NCBI RefSeq assembly: GCF_009914755.1
Contig: NC_060927.1
Strand: one strand, 5' to 3'
DNA length: 64,000 nucleotides
From: the human T2T-CHM13v2.0 reference genome, Homo sapiens
In this document: positions 22,701 through 39,662 of the stretch, piece by piece
Layout of the letters: each line of letters opens with the position of its first letter
Numbering within the stretch: the stretch's first letter is position 1
Made by a program: the position numbers and the translations under genes
Notes under the pieces: generated by a model
The model's input: the letters and a program-made list of their open reading frames with translations, nothing else
What the model was told of the DNA's origin: nothing
The model's database searches: none

Positions 22701-23930
22701 GCATCAGGAGACTCAAAGGGCAGTACATGGGCCCTCAACACTCTCTGATACCCCATCCTCCACTTTCCCATCGCCAGGACACGTGTCATCTCACGCGTCA
22801 TCTTGGGGAAGAAAGGGAGATGAATTAAAAATCCAAAAGAGACAATTTCATCTTGGAAGAGACTATGTTACATGTGAAACATTGTCTCCTTATATTGTTG
22901 AATAAGTTGGAATTGACCAGATTTGACTAAATGTAGTCTTCACCTCTTACCCAGAGAGTAGGATTTTGGAGGGATACTAGATCAATTGCAGGAAAGTAAA
23001 AAGGCTTTTCTTTGTACAGAGTGTAGGGCGCAAATTTACAACACTCCTGAATGACTAACAAATAATCCCCAAGGCCATTGCTGGTGGCTTATTGTCACCT
23101 GTTCCTCTCTTCCGGTGGAGCTTCTTCCAATTAGTCCCAAAATAGCCAGAGACCTGTGGGCCCTCCCACTCCTCCGCACTGTGATCCCTCTCATTTAGTG
23201 GGTAATCACCTCCAGAACTGACTGGTTTGTTTGCAACCGGAGGCTGGCTGAGGTGCCCAAGCAGGAGCTGCCTGCCCCCGGCTGCGTTAGGAACTACCCC
23301 TTTAGATGTTGCACTGCGGGGAGAGGTTGTCCAGGAGCAACTGGGGTGGGTGAGCAGTTAGGGGCTCAGGGCAGTGGCTATTTTCCAACCGGTGTGGGAA
23401 AATGTCAGTATTTTAACAATCGGCATAGCCAGACTGGTATGCACTAACTGAATACAAGGAAGTTCCTACCTTTTCTCTCCCACTTCCAATCAGCCTCAGA
23501 CTCTAGAAGCCTCTAACTCACCTCATTCCACCTGCCAGAGTTCCTTCTTTAACACAGTCTCAGCCCCACCGTCATAGCAGGAGCTTGTGTGGGGAGTAAG
23601 AGGAGTAACAACCGCAAGTGAGGGTCTTGGGAACTCACCGGAGCTGAGTCAGGAGTAAATGTCGTTAATGAACCCCACTGATAACACTGATCACATTTTC
23701 CAGAGAAACAGAAATATAAATGGTGGCTCTATGTTGGAATGAGTACCGCTGTTACACTGTTAGATTGATGTTTATGGGCTGGTGCAAACCTAATTACTCC
23801 TTATGATGTTGCTTCTATGAAAACAATACATTTATAAGTTTCTGTTGAACAATGTATAAGCAAGTCTTTCAGATACAAGCTCTTCTAATATGAGACTACC
23901 AGAGTGATTACAAACAAAGTATATGCATTA

Positions 23931-24335
<405 letters not shown>

Positions 24336-24409
24336 TTAGTAAAAATTAGGGCAAAGGGAAAATAATGTTAGGAAAAATAAGATGAAGCCATAGATCATTT
24401 CTGGTTTTA

Positions 24410-24738
<329 letters not shown>

Positions 24739-24954
24739 ATGCATGCCTAAAGGCAGGTCCTGAACTTCCTACTAACCAACACAAAGAATGCAACACACTA
24801 GTTACGTGATTCCTGAGGTTTTATTTTGGCCTTATTTTTCAGAACAACAACAACAACAATAACAACAACAAAACAATTGTCCCTAGTACTACAAGCTGAG
24901 AAAAATTCCTCCCATGGATCCTCAACAGAGGACTCTGTGCAATATAGTTACCTA

Positions 24955-25160
24955 ACATAATGGCTAATGTTTAGTGAGAACTATTCAAGCATTTTGTCTA
25001 CCTTGTTGCCTTCCCTTTCCCAAGAAGGGCTCTTCTGAGATGAGGAAACTAAGGCTCAGAGAAGTTCAGTAACTTGGCCAGGCCATACAGCTAATGAGTG
25101 GTGGTGCTGAGGCTTATTGAGTCTGTTGGTCATCTAAGTCCCTGCTGTTGACCACTGCTT
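24955..25160 (-). mobile_element. MIR
   Basis: gagatgaggaaactaaggctcagagaagttcagtaacttggccaggccatacagcta. Confidence 0.8.
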
Positions 25161-25769
25161 TATGAACAATAACCCTGGAATAAATACAGTCAGTTCCACA
25201 TGCTATTTCTTATAATGAGTTCAACAGCCAATGATAAAAATGTGTGTCAACAAAGGAGCAGGTTACCTTCAAACTGGAAGCCTAAAGCATTACTTGAAAC
25301 ACAACTTAAATTTCTTATATTCAATTCTTATTTTGTACTTCCTACTAGTAAATTACTAGGAATCAAAAAATATGGATGTTCTTTTTCAAGCTATAAATGT
25401 TTCTCTAGCAAATATAACAGGTCACATTTTCAAAATTCCGTGTTTTCCCTCTTATATAGATCACAGCTCTCACACAGATGATAAAGGGTTTTCTCACTGC
25501 CTGTGAGAATTAAAGTACAGTTGTCCATTATAGAAGCTTCTTTTTAAAATAGACTGCCATCTTTCATCAAATGTTTCAGCTCTGTGGAAAATAACTTAGG
25601 TTTTTTCCTACTCGCAAAAGAAATGTTTCCACTTGAAACCTGTTGGAAATATGGAATAGGCTATATAGTTCCATCAAAGAAAAGCTTATTACTTATTTGC
25701 ATAGTATATTTCTTTTGTGTCAAGTTGAACAGTGGTATTAAGTGAATGCCCACAAAGCATCTTAAAGGC

Positions 25770-25910
25770 TAAGGAAGGATTACACTAAAGGCTAAGCTCT
25801 GAGACAGGTTTATGCACCTTGCAGGGCACTTTCCTTGGGCTTAACATCTTTTAGCCTATCTGTAGAGGATATCAGAGGGCAAAGTTTCTGTCATGAAATA
25901 GGACTAATCA
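25770..25910 (+). promoter_or_regulatory. Putative SAMD7 proximal promoter with CRX/OTX2 (K50 homeodomain) motifs
   Basis: GGATTA 25777-25782, CTAAGCT near 25792, GGCTTA 25838-25843, CTAATCA near 25904. SAMD7 is a known CRX target. Confidence 0.6.
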
Positions 25911-26086
25911 ACTTAGTTGAATTTGTATTTAAAGCAAGGTTAAACTGAATTAAGACCATTTTTGAAAGAATTGTCAGATGTACCTTTCAACCCGCAGCCA
26001 GAGAAGCTTCTGCAGTTGAAGGCCAGAAAGTCTTTGTATGGTTCTTCCATCTGCAATATCAAAGACAAGAAGTCTTCATAGAGGAT
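25837..26086 (+). other. SAMD7: SAMD7 putative non-coding exon 1 (5' UTR); start approximate
   Basis: Consensus donor GAT|GTAAGT at 26086/26087. TE-free sequence with CRX-type motifs just upstream. The start position comes from recollection of the gene model and cannot be determined from the sequence. Confidence 0.6.
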
Positions 26087-27659
26087 GTAAGTATGTAACT
26101 CTACACATTGATTAGCCCAAAATTGAGGCCAGTTACTCTGAGTAAAATGTTTCACATATAAAATAAAAGGACATCTTTATCTTAAAGGAAATGCTTAGGT
26201 TTATGTGTAGACTTTACTGGCTATTACTAACAGTATGTGAGCTAATAAATTCCTACTTGACTGAAGTTACTAACGAGTAAAGATGATATACCACTCCTAC
26301 CAAATAAACACTGCCTGGTCTTAGTTTTTGGAGTTTTTTAAGTGAAAGTAAAATGAAGTTTATTTAAGATAAAGTCAGTTCAAAGTTGTATGTAAATTTA
26401 CTGTAGTTTTATTATCTTCAAACAGATGAAGTACCTACCTCTATGTATTACTGCTGTTTATTTACTATATATTATTATTTTAATGGCCCCCCATTACTAT
26501 AGATATCTATATTCCAAAAATTGTCATGATGTATGAACCATGAAATGTCAGAGTAGAAAATTTCAGAAAAACATTGAGGAACAATCAATGATAATCATGA
26601 AATAAAATCTATATTGATATTCCTTAATTCATTCTTTAAGACTATCTAACTAAAACACCTACTATTCAGTTCCATTATATGAGTACTGCTAGAATTTCAC
26701 TTTAGTCTCTACAGATTTATATATAATGGACTTTGCTTCACAATCTTTTGAAGAAAGTGAACATAATTTATACAAACTGTAGTTGCACATAAATTATATT
26801 GAGTCCAGTAGAAATTACATAATTTTGACTTCTTTAATGATGTCAAAGGTTTACCTTTTTCTTTACAATACTTGTAATTGTGCCTAGAACCTGACATTTC
26901 AAGAAGGCATGGATAGGTCTAATGAAAATGAGCTTCCAGAGTAAAAAGAAATAAGAAGTGACAGCAGCCAGCACGTAACCCACTGTCTTCAATGCTTTCC
27001 AGGGTATGTGCTATGGTGAAATGCAGTTAGAAAAGTCCTAAAGCTTATGCCTTTAGGAAAAGTGACATACATTTTAGCAGCACTGCCAAGTGCTTCGGTA
27101 TGAACTGTCTTTCTAAAGTTCTCCTCCGTCCTTGGCAGAGATGGGAAGGGGAGCAAGATATGGAGGGACCCAGGAGAAGGCCTATTTGGGTTGTGCTCAG
27201 AGAGAGTTGGAGGAGATGGACTACAAAGGCCTCTGCAAAACATAAGTAGGAGGAATTACTTTGGAGTTGTTGGGGTACTGCCTAAGAGAAGGCCAAGAAA
27301 ACTCGCAAGAAGCCAGGCCTGAATTGTAAAAATTGCTCTCATTTTAATTTAAGAATTTACATCTATTTATCTTACATTTATTTATCTCAGAACTGTGGAA
27401 ACATTTAATTCTACTGATCTACTTTTCACATACAAAAACTTACCAGATACAGCAGTTACTTAAAAATTAATTCATTTTAATGTATGTAATCAGAAAACAT
27501 GCATCATACATACCATAAATATTCTACATACGATTAGTCAAATATAGGGTTTTCCAAACTCAAATTGCACTGATTTTAATGAAAGATCACAGTATAGCCA
27601 ATAACAGACAAATATAATAAAATTGGCACCCGGCTCCTGGGCACTGGGAAATCATTCCG

Positions 27660-27930
27660 TGAATATCTGCTGATTTGGCAAGGGCTTTAGTTCATGAAGT
27701 TCATGTCTTACTACTACTGCCCTAATCAGTTGAGACAGAATTAGCACTAGGTAAATCATCTATGTGCTGCCTGGAGGGGTTTGTTGAGGGTAAGAGTCTG
27801 AAGACAGAGATTAAGGAGTCCTCATCCTCCTAATGTGCTGGGCATCCAGGATTAGAGCTCTGGGTCAGAGAAATCCAGGCTGAATGCAGACCTAAGCACC
27901 ACTGCACTCCCTCACTTTGGGATTACCAGA
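27660..27930. promoter_or_regulatory. Putative intron-1 photoreceptor enhancer
   Basis: TGCTGATTTGGCA (NRL/MARE-like) 27668-27680; CTAATCA 27722-27728; AGATTA 27808-27813; GGATTAG 27849-27855; GGATTA 27920-27925. Confidence 0.6.
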
Positions 27931-28254
27931 CACGCTCTGCACTGAAAATTTATATTCCAGTCTGCACTTTTACTTGAGCATTTCATCTGCTACTGCAAAG
28001 TGACCTTAGTTTACAATTTGTCTACATGTGTCTAAAATAGAAAGGGGTGCCCTGAAAATATGAAAGTTCACATTTAAAGACTCGTGCTTGATCATATGAC
28101 TCAGTACCCTCAAAACAATGATTTTAAGGCAACACAAATTTGGAGTTTCAAGTATCTACCTGGCTGATGAAGGGAAAGATCAGATCAACCTTAGAACGTT
28201 GCCTTAAAAGTATTCTGATTTTATTTGCTTCAAAATGTAATTTTGAAGCAAATA

Positions 28255-28550
28255 GGGCAGTGCAACTATTCTGTATGATACTGTAATGGTGGATAAATGC
28301 CATTCTACATTTGTCAGAATCATAGAATGTCCAACACCAAGAGTGAATCCACATGTAAACTATGAATTTTGGGTGGCAATGATGTGTCAGTGTAGCTTAA
28401 CTGATTGTAGCAAATGTACACTCTGATGCAGGATGTTGATAGTGAGGAAGCTGTGCATGTGTGTGTTGGGGGAGGATATGAAAACTCTCTGTAGTGTCCA
28501 CTCCATTTTTCTGTGTACTGAAAACTTCTCTGAAAAATAAAAGTTAAAAC
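28255..28550 (+). mobile_element. L1MC-type 3' end
   Basis: ctattctgtatgatactgtaatggtggata...acaccaagagtgaatcc...aaaaataaaag. Confidence 0.75.
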
Positions 28551-29179
28551 TATGTAATTTGAGGTATGTGCATGAAAACAGGCACAAAAGAAACTAGGCA
28601 ATCCTTTTCTTTAAGGAAAATTTGGGCATCAGTCGATATGATAGTGATAAGTAAATAAGTACTAGTTCATAAGTGCAAGGATTAAAACAAATGAGGGAAG
28701 CCAAGTGGAGCCCAGAACTGTAACACACAGGAGCTGCAGATGCCAATGACTCATCGTCCTGCCCAGGGACTTCCATGACATGTGGACATTTCTGCAGGCA
28801 CTTGGAATAGCTTGCATTTTAGATTAAAATTTGGTGGACTGATTAAAAAACAATGAACCACTCCCCTGGCATTTCAAAAAGAAAGCAAGCCAGACCCAAG
28901 AACCATGGAATCAAGAACAGATGTGGTACCAAGGATAGCTTTAATTGTACATTAGATAAGACTTATCCTTTCCCATTGGCCAAATAGCACTGAGTTCTCC
29001 CACTTATTTCACATAACTTGTGACTAATGGCAAAAAAAAAAATCCTGCTGTTTTGTTGCAGACAATGGAACCTACAGAGCCTCATATAGATATGCCTAAG
29101 CCTGGCAAACCTGGTATTTCAGAAGAAAGGCATTTGTGCCAATTATCTACTGGAATGACATTAGAAGTCTGCCACATTG

Positions 29180-29661
29180 CCTCAATAGCACTAGTCACCA
29201 TTGCTGCCCTACCTTACATCTTCTTGGCCTCCTTCTGAATTCACCTGCAACCATGGAAGTCATTTCCCATCTGAAGCACCTGCATCTCCCTTTCTCAGTC
29301 TGAAGGTTTTCTCCTGCACCACAGGAGCTTGTTGTGTCTAGCTCAAGCATAACCCATATGCAAAGGAGAACTGTGCCCTCAACCAATGGCCAACAGAAGT
29401 TGATGGGCCAACTCTTTGCCCTTCATGAGGACAATTCTGAGATGTGTACCATAGGTTTCTTAGAGGGCTCCCAGCAGGGTTGAGCACCAGTTGCCCACAG
29501 TGAAAACCCACACATTAATTCACTCAGCCTTTCTTGACTTTTCCCTTCCTGGTCTTGCTTTTCTACTCCTTCACACGGGCTTCCTGGGATTACCTCCCAA
29601 ATAAACTACTGTACTTAATTTCTTGTCTTAGGGCCTCCTTTGGGGATTCCAAAGTAAGACA
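29180..29661 (+). mobile_element. ERVL LTR (LTR33/LTR16-like)
   Basis: 3' end ttcctgggattacctcccaaataaactact...cttgtcttaggg...ccaaagtaagaca matches the recalled LTR33-type terminus. Confidence 0.7.
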
Positions 29662-29706
29662 ATCTCATCTCCTTTTGGTGATTCATCTCCACGGCTTTTC
29701 CTAAAG
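29632..29706 (+). other. SAMD7: SAMD7 putative non-coding exon 2 (75 nt, 5' UTR)
   Basis: Acceptor tttcttgtcttag|GGCC and donor AAG|GTAACA. Consistent with a recalled 9-exon structure with the ATG in exon 3. Confidence 0.6.
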
Positions 29707-29837
29707 GTAACATGTAAGAGGAAGAGGTGGTGAGTCTCTAAGCAATTCTTGCTCCTCTCTTTCTTCCTTTTTCCTTCTCCTTTTTCCTGACTTGTCTCAG
29801 ACATCACATAGGATACAAGCTGAGCCATATATATATA

Positions 29838-30141
29838 ATTTTTTTTTTTTTTTTTTTTTTTTTTTGGAGACAGAATCTCCCTCTGTTGCCCAGGCTGGAG
29901 TGCAGCGGTGCGATCTTGGCTCACTGCAACCTCTGCCTCCTGAGTTCAAGCAATTCTCCTGCCCCAGCCTCCTGAGTAGCTGGGACTACAGGCGCCACAC
30001 CCGGCTAATTTTTGTATTTTTAGTAGAGACGGGGTTTCACCATGTTGGCCAGGCTGGTCTCGAACTCCTGACCTCAGATGATCCACCCACCTCGGCCTCC
30101 CAAAATGCTGGGATTACAGGCGTGAGCCACCACACCCAGCC
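29838..30141 (-). mobile_element. Alu (S-type)
   Basis: Full-length; TSD tgagcc.tatat. Confidence 0.95.
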
Positions 30142-30149
30142 TGAGCCCT

Positions 30150-30975
<826 letters not shown>

Positions 30976-31689
30976 TTATGAGTAAGTTCAATCTTCTGCT
31001 AGAGACCATCGATTCATGACACAAATCAAAGTTCAACAATTTTTCAAAATGAAACACCTAGTGGTGTCCCCCATTGTTCTGTTGTAAATGGTCTAGAGGG
31101 AAGAAGGCAGCTGTGCACTGAATCCCATGAGGAGCACCTGAGATTTCAAGTTGCGGGGCAGGGTCCTCGCTAGAGTTATGAGCCCAGCCCATCTCCGACC
31201 CAGCCTGTGTTCTCTGCTGGCATCCTCCATGGCTTACAGGCACCTAGCACAGATTTTTATTCTAATCCTGACTGTGTGGTGGTAACTAAACTCTCTGAGG
31301 CCACTATCAGAAAGGAAAGTATACTGACCTCACAGAAATACAGTGAAAGTAAATGGAGATAAAGAACTTTAATATGTATGTATGAATGGCAAAAGGTGAT
31401 GTTAGGTGATCCATGGACTTGGATTTCCAATTTGATTAGTGGGGTTAGTTCTGAAAAAGAAGCTAACAAAGTGATTGTATATTTAAATACCATTATATTT
31501 TTAGTATTTGAACCATGTGAATGAATTAACCTCTATTTTAAAAATTAAATCAAACACACAATTTAATCAAATACACACAAGGAAATAAAGGTCACTACTT
31601 TGAAAAGCAGAACATTTTCTTCCTAGTATCTTTTTCTTTAAATATAGTTGCAGGTATCTCAGATTTTTAAAAACAATAAGAAAACCCAA

Positions 31690-31894
31690 TTATTTATTTA
31701 TTTTTAATTTTTAATTTTCATGGGTACATAGGTGTATATACTTACGGGGGCACATGAGATATTTTGATATGGGAATACAGTGCATAATAATCACATCAGG
31801 GTAAACGGCCTATCCATCACCTCAAGTATTTATCATTTCTTTGTATTACAAACAATCCAATTATACTTAGTTATTTTTATTTTTATTTGTTTGT

Positions 31895-31933
<39 letters not shown>

Positions 31934-32700
31934 TTTTTTGAGACGGAGTCTCGCTCTGTCACCCAGGCTGGAGTGCAGTTGCACAATCTCGGCTCACTGC
32001 AAGCTCCGCCTCCCAGGTTCACACCATTCTCCTGCCTCAGCTTCCTGAGTAGCTGAGACTACAGGCGCCCGCCACCATACCTGACTAATTTTTTGTATTT
32101 TTAGGAGAGACATGGTTTCACCATGTTAGCTAGGCTGGTCTCGATCTCCTGACCTCATGATCTGCCCGCCTCGGCCTCCCAAAATGCTGGGATTACAGGC
32201 ATGAGCCACTGCACCCGGCCTGTTTGTTTATTTTTGAGATGGAGTCTCTCTCTGTCACCCAGGCTGGGGTGCAGTGGCGCCATCTCAGCTCAACGCAACC
32301 TCCACTTCCCAGATTCAAGCAATTCTCCTGCCTCAGCCTCCCGAGTAGCTGGGATTACAGGCACGCGCCACCACACTTGGCTAATTTTTGTATTTTCAGT
32401 AGAGACAGGGTCTCACCATGTTGGCCAGGTTCGTCTTGAACTCCTGACCTCAAACGATCCGCCTGCCTCAGCCTCCCAAAGTGCTGGGATGACAGGCATG
32501 AGCCACCGCACCTGGCCCTACGATTAGTTATTTTTAAATGTACAATACATTATTGTTGACTGCAGTCATCTTGCTGTGCTATCAAATACTAGATCTTATT
32601 CATTCTATCTAATTATATTTTTGTACCCATTAACCATCCTCCCTTCCCCCTTCCACCCCACTACCCATCCCAGGTAACCATTGTTCTACTCTCTGTCTCA
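31690..32700 (-). mobile_element. L1MA-type 3' end containing two tandem Alus (31874-32220, 32221-32517, both -)
   Basis: gggtacataggtgtatat...tatccatcacctcaagtatttatc...atcaaatactagatcttattcattct; TSD ttagttattttta. Confidence 0.85.
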
Positions 32701-33143
32701 GAGTTCTCAGATATTTTAAAAGTGGGAGTTGAGAATGAAGAAGAAGCTAAAATGACCTGTTCAACTAGTACTTGTTTTTATATTTAAAATCATTCAAAGG
32801 ATATTAAAGAACAAGAAAATGTCAGGAAAAATGTTATCCCTTTAACAGTAGTCCTTTTTTCTGATCACTAGTTTCTGAAGGTAAAGCATATGAATATTTG
32901 TATTTATGTAAACTTGGCTGTAATTTGATCACAGTTCTAATTAAATACAGTCTCGTGCAGTCTGTATCCCTTCTAATTAGATATACTTTTAGACATTAAA
33001 AATATTCTCCTCCCTCATTTTCTGGTGTTAAATCTTATCAACTAAATAGGAATATTTTTCCAAAGATTGAACGTATGGGAGAATTTATGCATTTGTACCT
33101 CTGGAAATGTAAGAATCAAAGTAAGTTGCAAGAAAGGAAGTTG

Positions 33144-33622
<479 letters not shown>

Positions 33623-33778
33623 CTAGTCTTCCCAAGTGTTGTGAAAATACAAAAGGCTTTTATTGTGTTCAAGAAGAATTCAAATAGTTCACAAAAAGTA
33701 GAGTTATTTGTTAAAGTGTCTATCTGGTTCTTTTTAGAACTCCATTAGTGGCGAGAGATATTGAAGACAAACCCGGTG

Positions 33779-33864
33779 ATGGCTGTGAACCCTTTATTGA
33801 CACCAACAGGGCAGCAGACAATCCCACTGATCCCCTCACCATTTGGGCCTCCAACTGTGGACAG
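33779..33864 (+). CDS. SAMD7: SAMD7 coding exon 1 (exon 3; acceptor at 33737/33738)
   Basis: gtgATGG start, MAVNPLLTPTGQQTIPLIPSPFGPPTVD, donor AG|GTATTT, phase 2. Confidence 0.95.
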
Positions 33865-34134
33865 GTATTTCTCTTCAATATAATAGTTTGATCAAAGAAC
33901 AACATGGACAATCATTACGTTTTGGAATGATGTTAAGTCTAGTGTTGTTTTATTGCCTAATATTATTTCAGTGAACTGTGGTGCAGTAATTCAAGTCAAG
34001 ACACCCTGCTGGCCTCACCTTCAAGACATCTGCTGTCATTTCTCCTCTGAGACCTGCTTGACCTACTCACTCAGCAAATAATTAATGAGCACATACTATA
34101 TGACAGGCATTGTGCAGGTGCAAACACTGGAGTA

Positions 34135-34850
<716 letters not shown>

Positions 34851-35493
34851 GTACCCTGGATTTCCCGTGAAGAAAGAATTATTTCTTTTCAATAAAAAGT
34901 AAATTATAAGTATTTGGGTTGCACACTCTGGAAATAACTTACCTTCCCTTGTTTTTTTGTTTTTTGTTGTTGTTGTTTAGAATATTTTGACCTTCAGGAG
35001 AGAAAGCAGAACTCATTATTTATCCTTGTTTATGGAGTGTGAACAGTAAAGTGGAACTTCTAGAGACCACTAAAGTTTAGAAAAATAAGTTGTCCACCCA
35101 GGTACTCAAACATTGATCCCAGATGGTAAACCCAACCAAAGTATGTCCATTAAATGAGAAAAGAATTTGTGGTCACAGTAGACTGTTGGTCATGAAAAAT
35201 CAGAGAGCAGTGTTGATTTATTTAAATATTTTTTCTAGACATCCCTAAAACTTTCCTTTCCTGCTTTCTCATTTTGTTGTCAGCTGGGTCAATCCTTCGT
35301 TAGTGGAGTACTTCCCGATCTTTCCACCATATTTCTCCATAAATTCATAAAGACTCCAGGACTTTTGTATTTCATCTTGAGAAGAGATGATAGAATCCCA
35401 TATGGCAATAACAAAATCTCATTGTCTCAGCCATGGAAATTGTGTACTCCAACCTCATTTTACCTATTTTATTTTATATCTTTTTGTTCTCAG

Positions 35494-35618
35494 AGATGTA
35501 TTGCCTTCCACCGTAGCTCCAACTGACCCAAGACAGTTTTGCGTTCCTTCCCAATTTGGATCCTCTGTTCTACCAAACACAAATATGGCAAATGTGTTGT
35601 CCAGTCGGATCTACCCAG
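35494..35618 (+). CDS. SAMD7: SAMD7 exon 4
   Basis: tttttgttctcag| (R)DVLPSTVAPTDPRQFCVPSQFGSSVLPNTNMANVLSSRIYP(G) |GTATGA; 125 nt, frame consistent. Confidence 0.95.
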
Positions 35619-35924
35619 GTATGAGCAATAGAAGTTTGGCTCTCATCTGTGGAGTCATTTTGAACTGGATGGATGCATTAAGTTTGCCATCAAATTACTC
35701 CTAAATTTTGGAGGCAGATCTGTGTGGTGGTTGTCTCTGCAGTCTCTGTAGTCACCACCTAGGTTCAGATCATGGTGCTACCACTGTGTGACCAAGTGTA
35801 AGCTGCTTGACTGCTCTAAGTGTCAATTTATTCATGAATAACGTGAAGAACTGCAGTATTACTATTTGTCTTATCTTACACATGAGGAACTGATAAAGTT
35901 ATGAGGAGATTAGATCTGAGAATT

Positions 35925-37330
<1,406 letters not shown>

Positions 37331-37744
37331 AATGTTGAAGCTCAAACTGGTGTATCTTCTATCCCCCCCAAAACCATATTCATAAGTTTATGCTTATCCC
37401 TGCTCCACAATTTCAACAACTCTTAATAGATGGGAGCAATGTGAAGGGAAAGCCTGACACAAAAAGAAATAGGATTCACGCCTGGGTCAGGGAAGAGACT
37501 GGCCTGCCTGGATTTGAGCATGTTTCTACCACAGGTCACGAATCCATTTAACTGCAGTGAGAGCAAGCATCCAAGCAAGGGCCAGATCTGGAACTGGGCC
37601 CACTCAGTAAATTGGTTCAAGGACCAAAGGAGACAGTCCAACAGCAGATCCTGGATGGAAGCCAGCTGGCAGCAATAACCCAGTAATCTGCAGCCCATGA
37701 TTACAGACAACAGGCCAATAGACTAGTAAAACAGCTGCACTGCA

Positions 37745-38026
<282 letters not shown>

Positions 38027-38588
38027 TCAAGGCTGAAGTATAAGAGAAAGCATGGGTGAGATAAGGCCTCAGTCCTACAAAAACTGAGCTACTAAGTAAG
38101 TTAGCAAAATAGAAACTAAGACAGGGATCTGTTTACAAAACAGGGTTGTTAGGTAGCAGTGAATTATACAACTGAACTAACATTAAGTTTGATATTGCCT
38201 GTTTGGGAAAGAGAAAGTATGGGAGAAGGTTTCTTGAGACCAGACCTCAGAGGGTTCTAAAATCCAGGCAGTTAGTATTGTGCTCTCTAGACTGGACTTC
38301 TTGCACAGACTTTCTCTGTGTCCGTGGGCAGTATGCCATGAATTGGTAGCTTCATGCATGCCAGCTGTCTAAAAGAGAGTATCTCAAAGCTATTGAACTA
38401 CAAAAAACCTAGAGCTTTACAGTTAGAAGGATTCCTGGTGATCACTTCATCTAACTCCTTGATTTTACAGATAACAAAGAACCTCATTTTTAAAAAAGAT
38501 CTAGTATGATTTCTTTCAAGATAGATTATTGGTAGAAATTTAAAGCACTTTACTTGCTTGGTGCAAAGTGAGTATAAAAAATTGTTTC

Positions 38589-39030
<442 letters not shown>

Positions 39031-39340
39031 AAAGGCACAGATCACGAGATTCACAAATCACTTCATCTTTTTCCTATTAAAGTATGGCAGGAAAATGCCA
39101 CCAGTCATGAGACCAACAATTAAAGAACAAAAAATTATCTGGTATTTGTCATGCTGTCACCAACGTGACTCTAAGATACCGAACTGCAATGATCTGATAC
39201 CATTTCCAAAATTGTGCGCAATTGCTGGTTTGTTTTTTTTTTTTCAGATACTGTTTTACATTGTTATAGTTTATTTTATTATTTTCAAATGCATGTTTTT
39301 AATTTATTTGTGGGGTGGGATGGTGGTTTTCTTTTTTAAG

Positions 39341-39419
39341 GTTGGGGCATTTTACCACCTGAATCCATAAAGGCAGTGGCCAGAAGGAATGAAATGATTC
39401 AACGGCATCATACTGCCAG
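39341..39419 (+). CDS. SAMD7: SAMD7 exon 5
   Basis: cttttttaag| (G)WGILPPESIKAVARRNEMIQRHHTA(R) |GTAATT; 79 nt. Confidence 0.95.
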
Positions 39420-39585
39420 GTAATTTGGCAATGTTGTTTTATTTATTCTCTATTCATTCACTTGCTCATTTATTCACTTGTTATCTTCATATAACAAATG
39501 AATAGATGAATATATATAACAAATAAATACACACACACAAATTACTTACATAAAGTATTTCAGGCAGATTACAAAAAGAAACATA

Positions 39586-39662
39586 GTCTGCTCTGCCTAT
39601 GGGGTAGCCATTCTCTATTCCTTTACTTTCTTAATAAACTTGCTTTCACTTAAAAAAAAAAA
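39586..39662 (+). mobile_element. Poly(A)-tailed MER41-like LTR fragment
   Basis: ctgctctgcctatggggtagccattctctattcctttactttcttaataaacttgctttcactt followed by an A-tract. Confidence 0.75.

Noticed and set aside
22474-22905. 143-aa ORF upstream of SAMD7
   Set aside because: Non-ATG start, no recognisable domain, and probably overlaps a degraded LTR-like sequence I cannot name reliably.
23330-23455. Possible hAT-type DNA transposon end
   Set aside because: The resemblance is too weak to name a family without a Dfam search.
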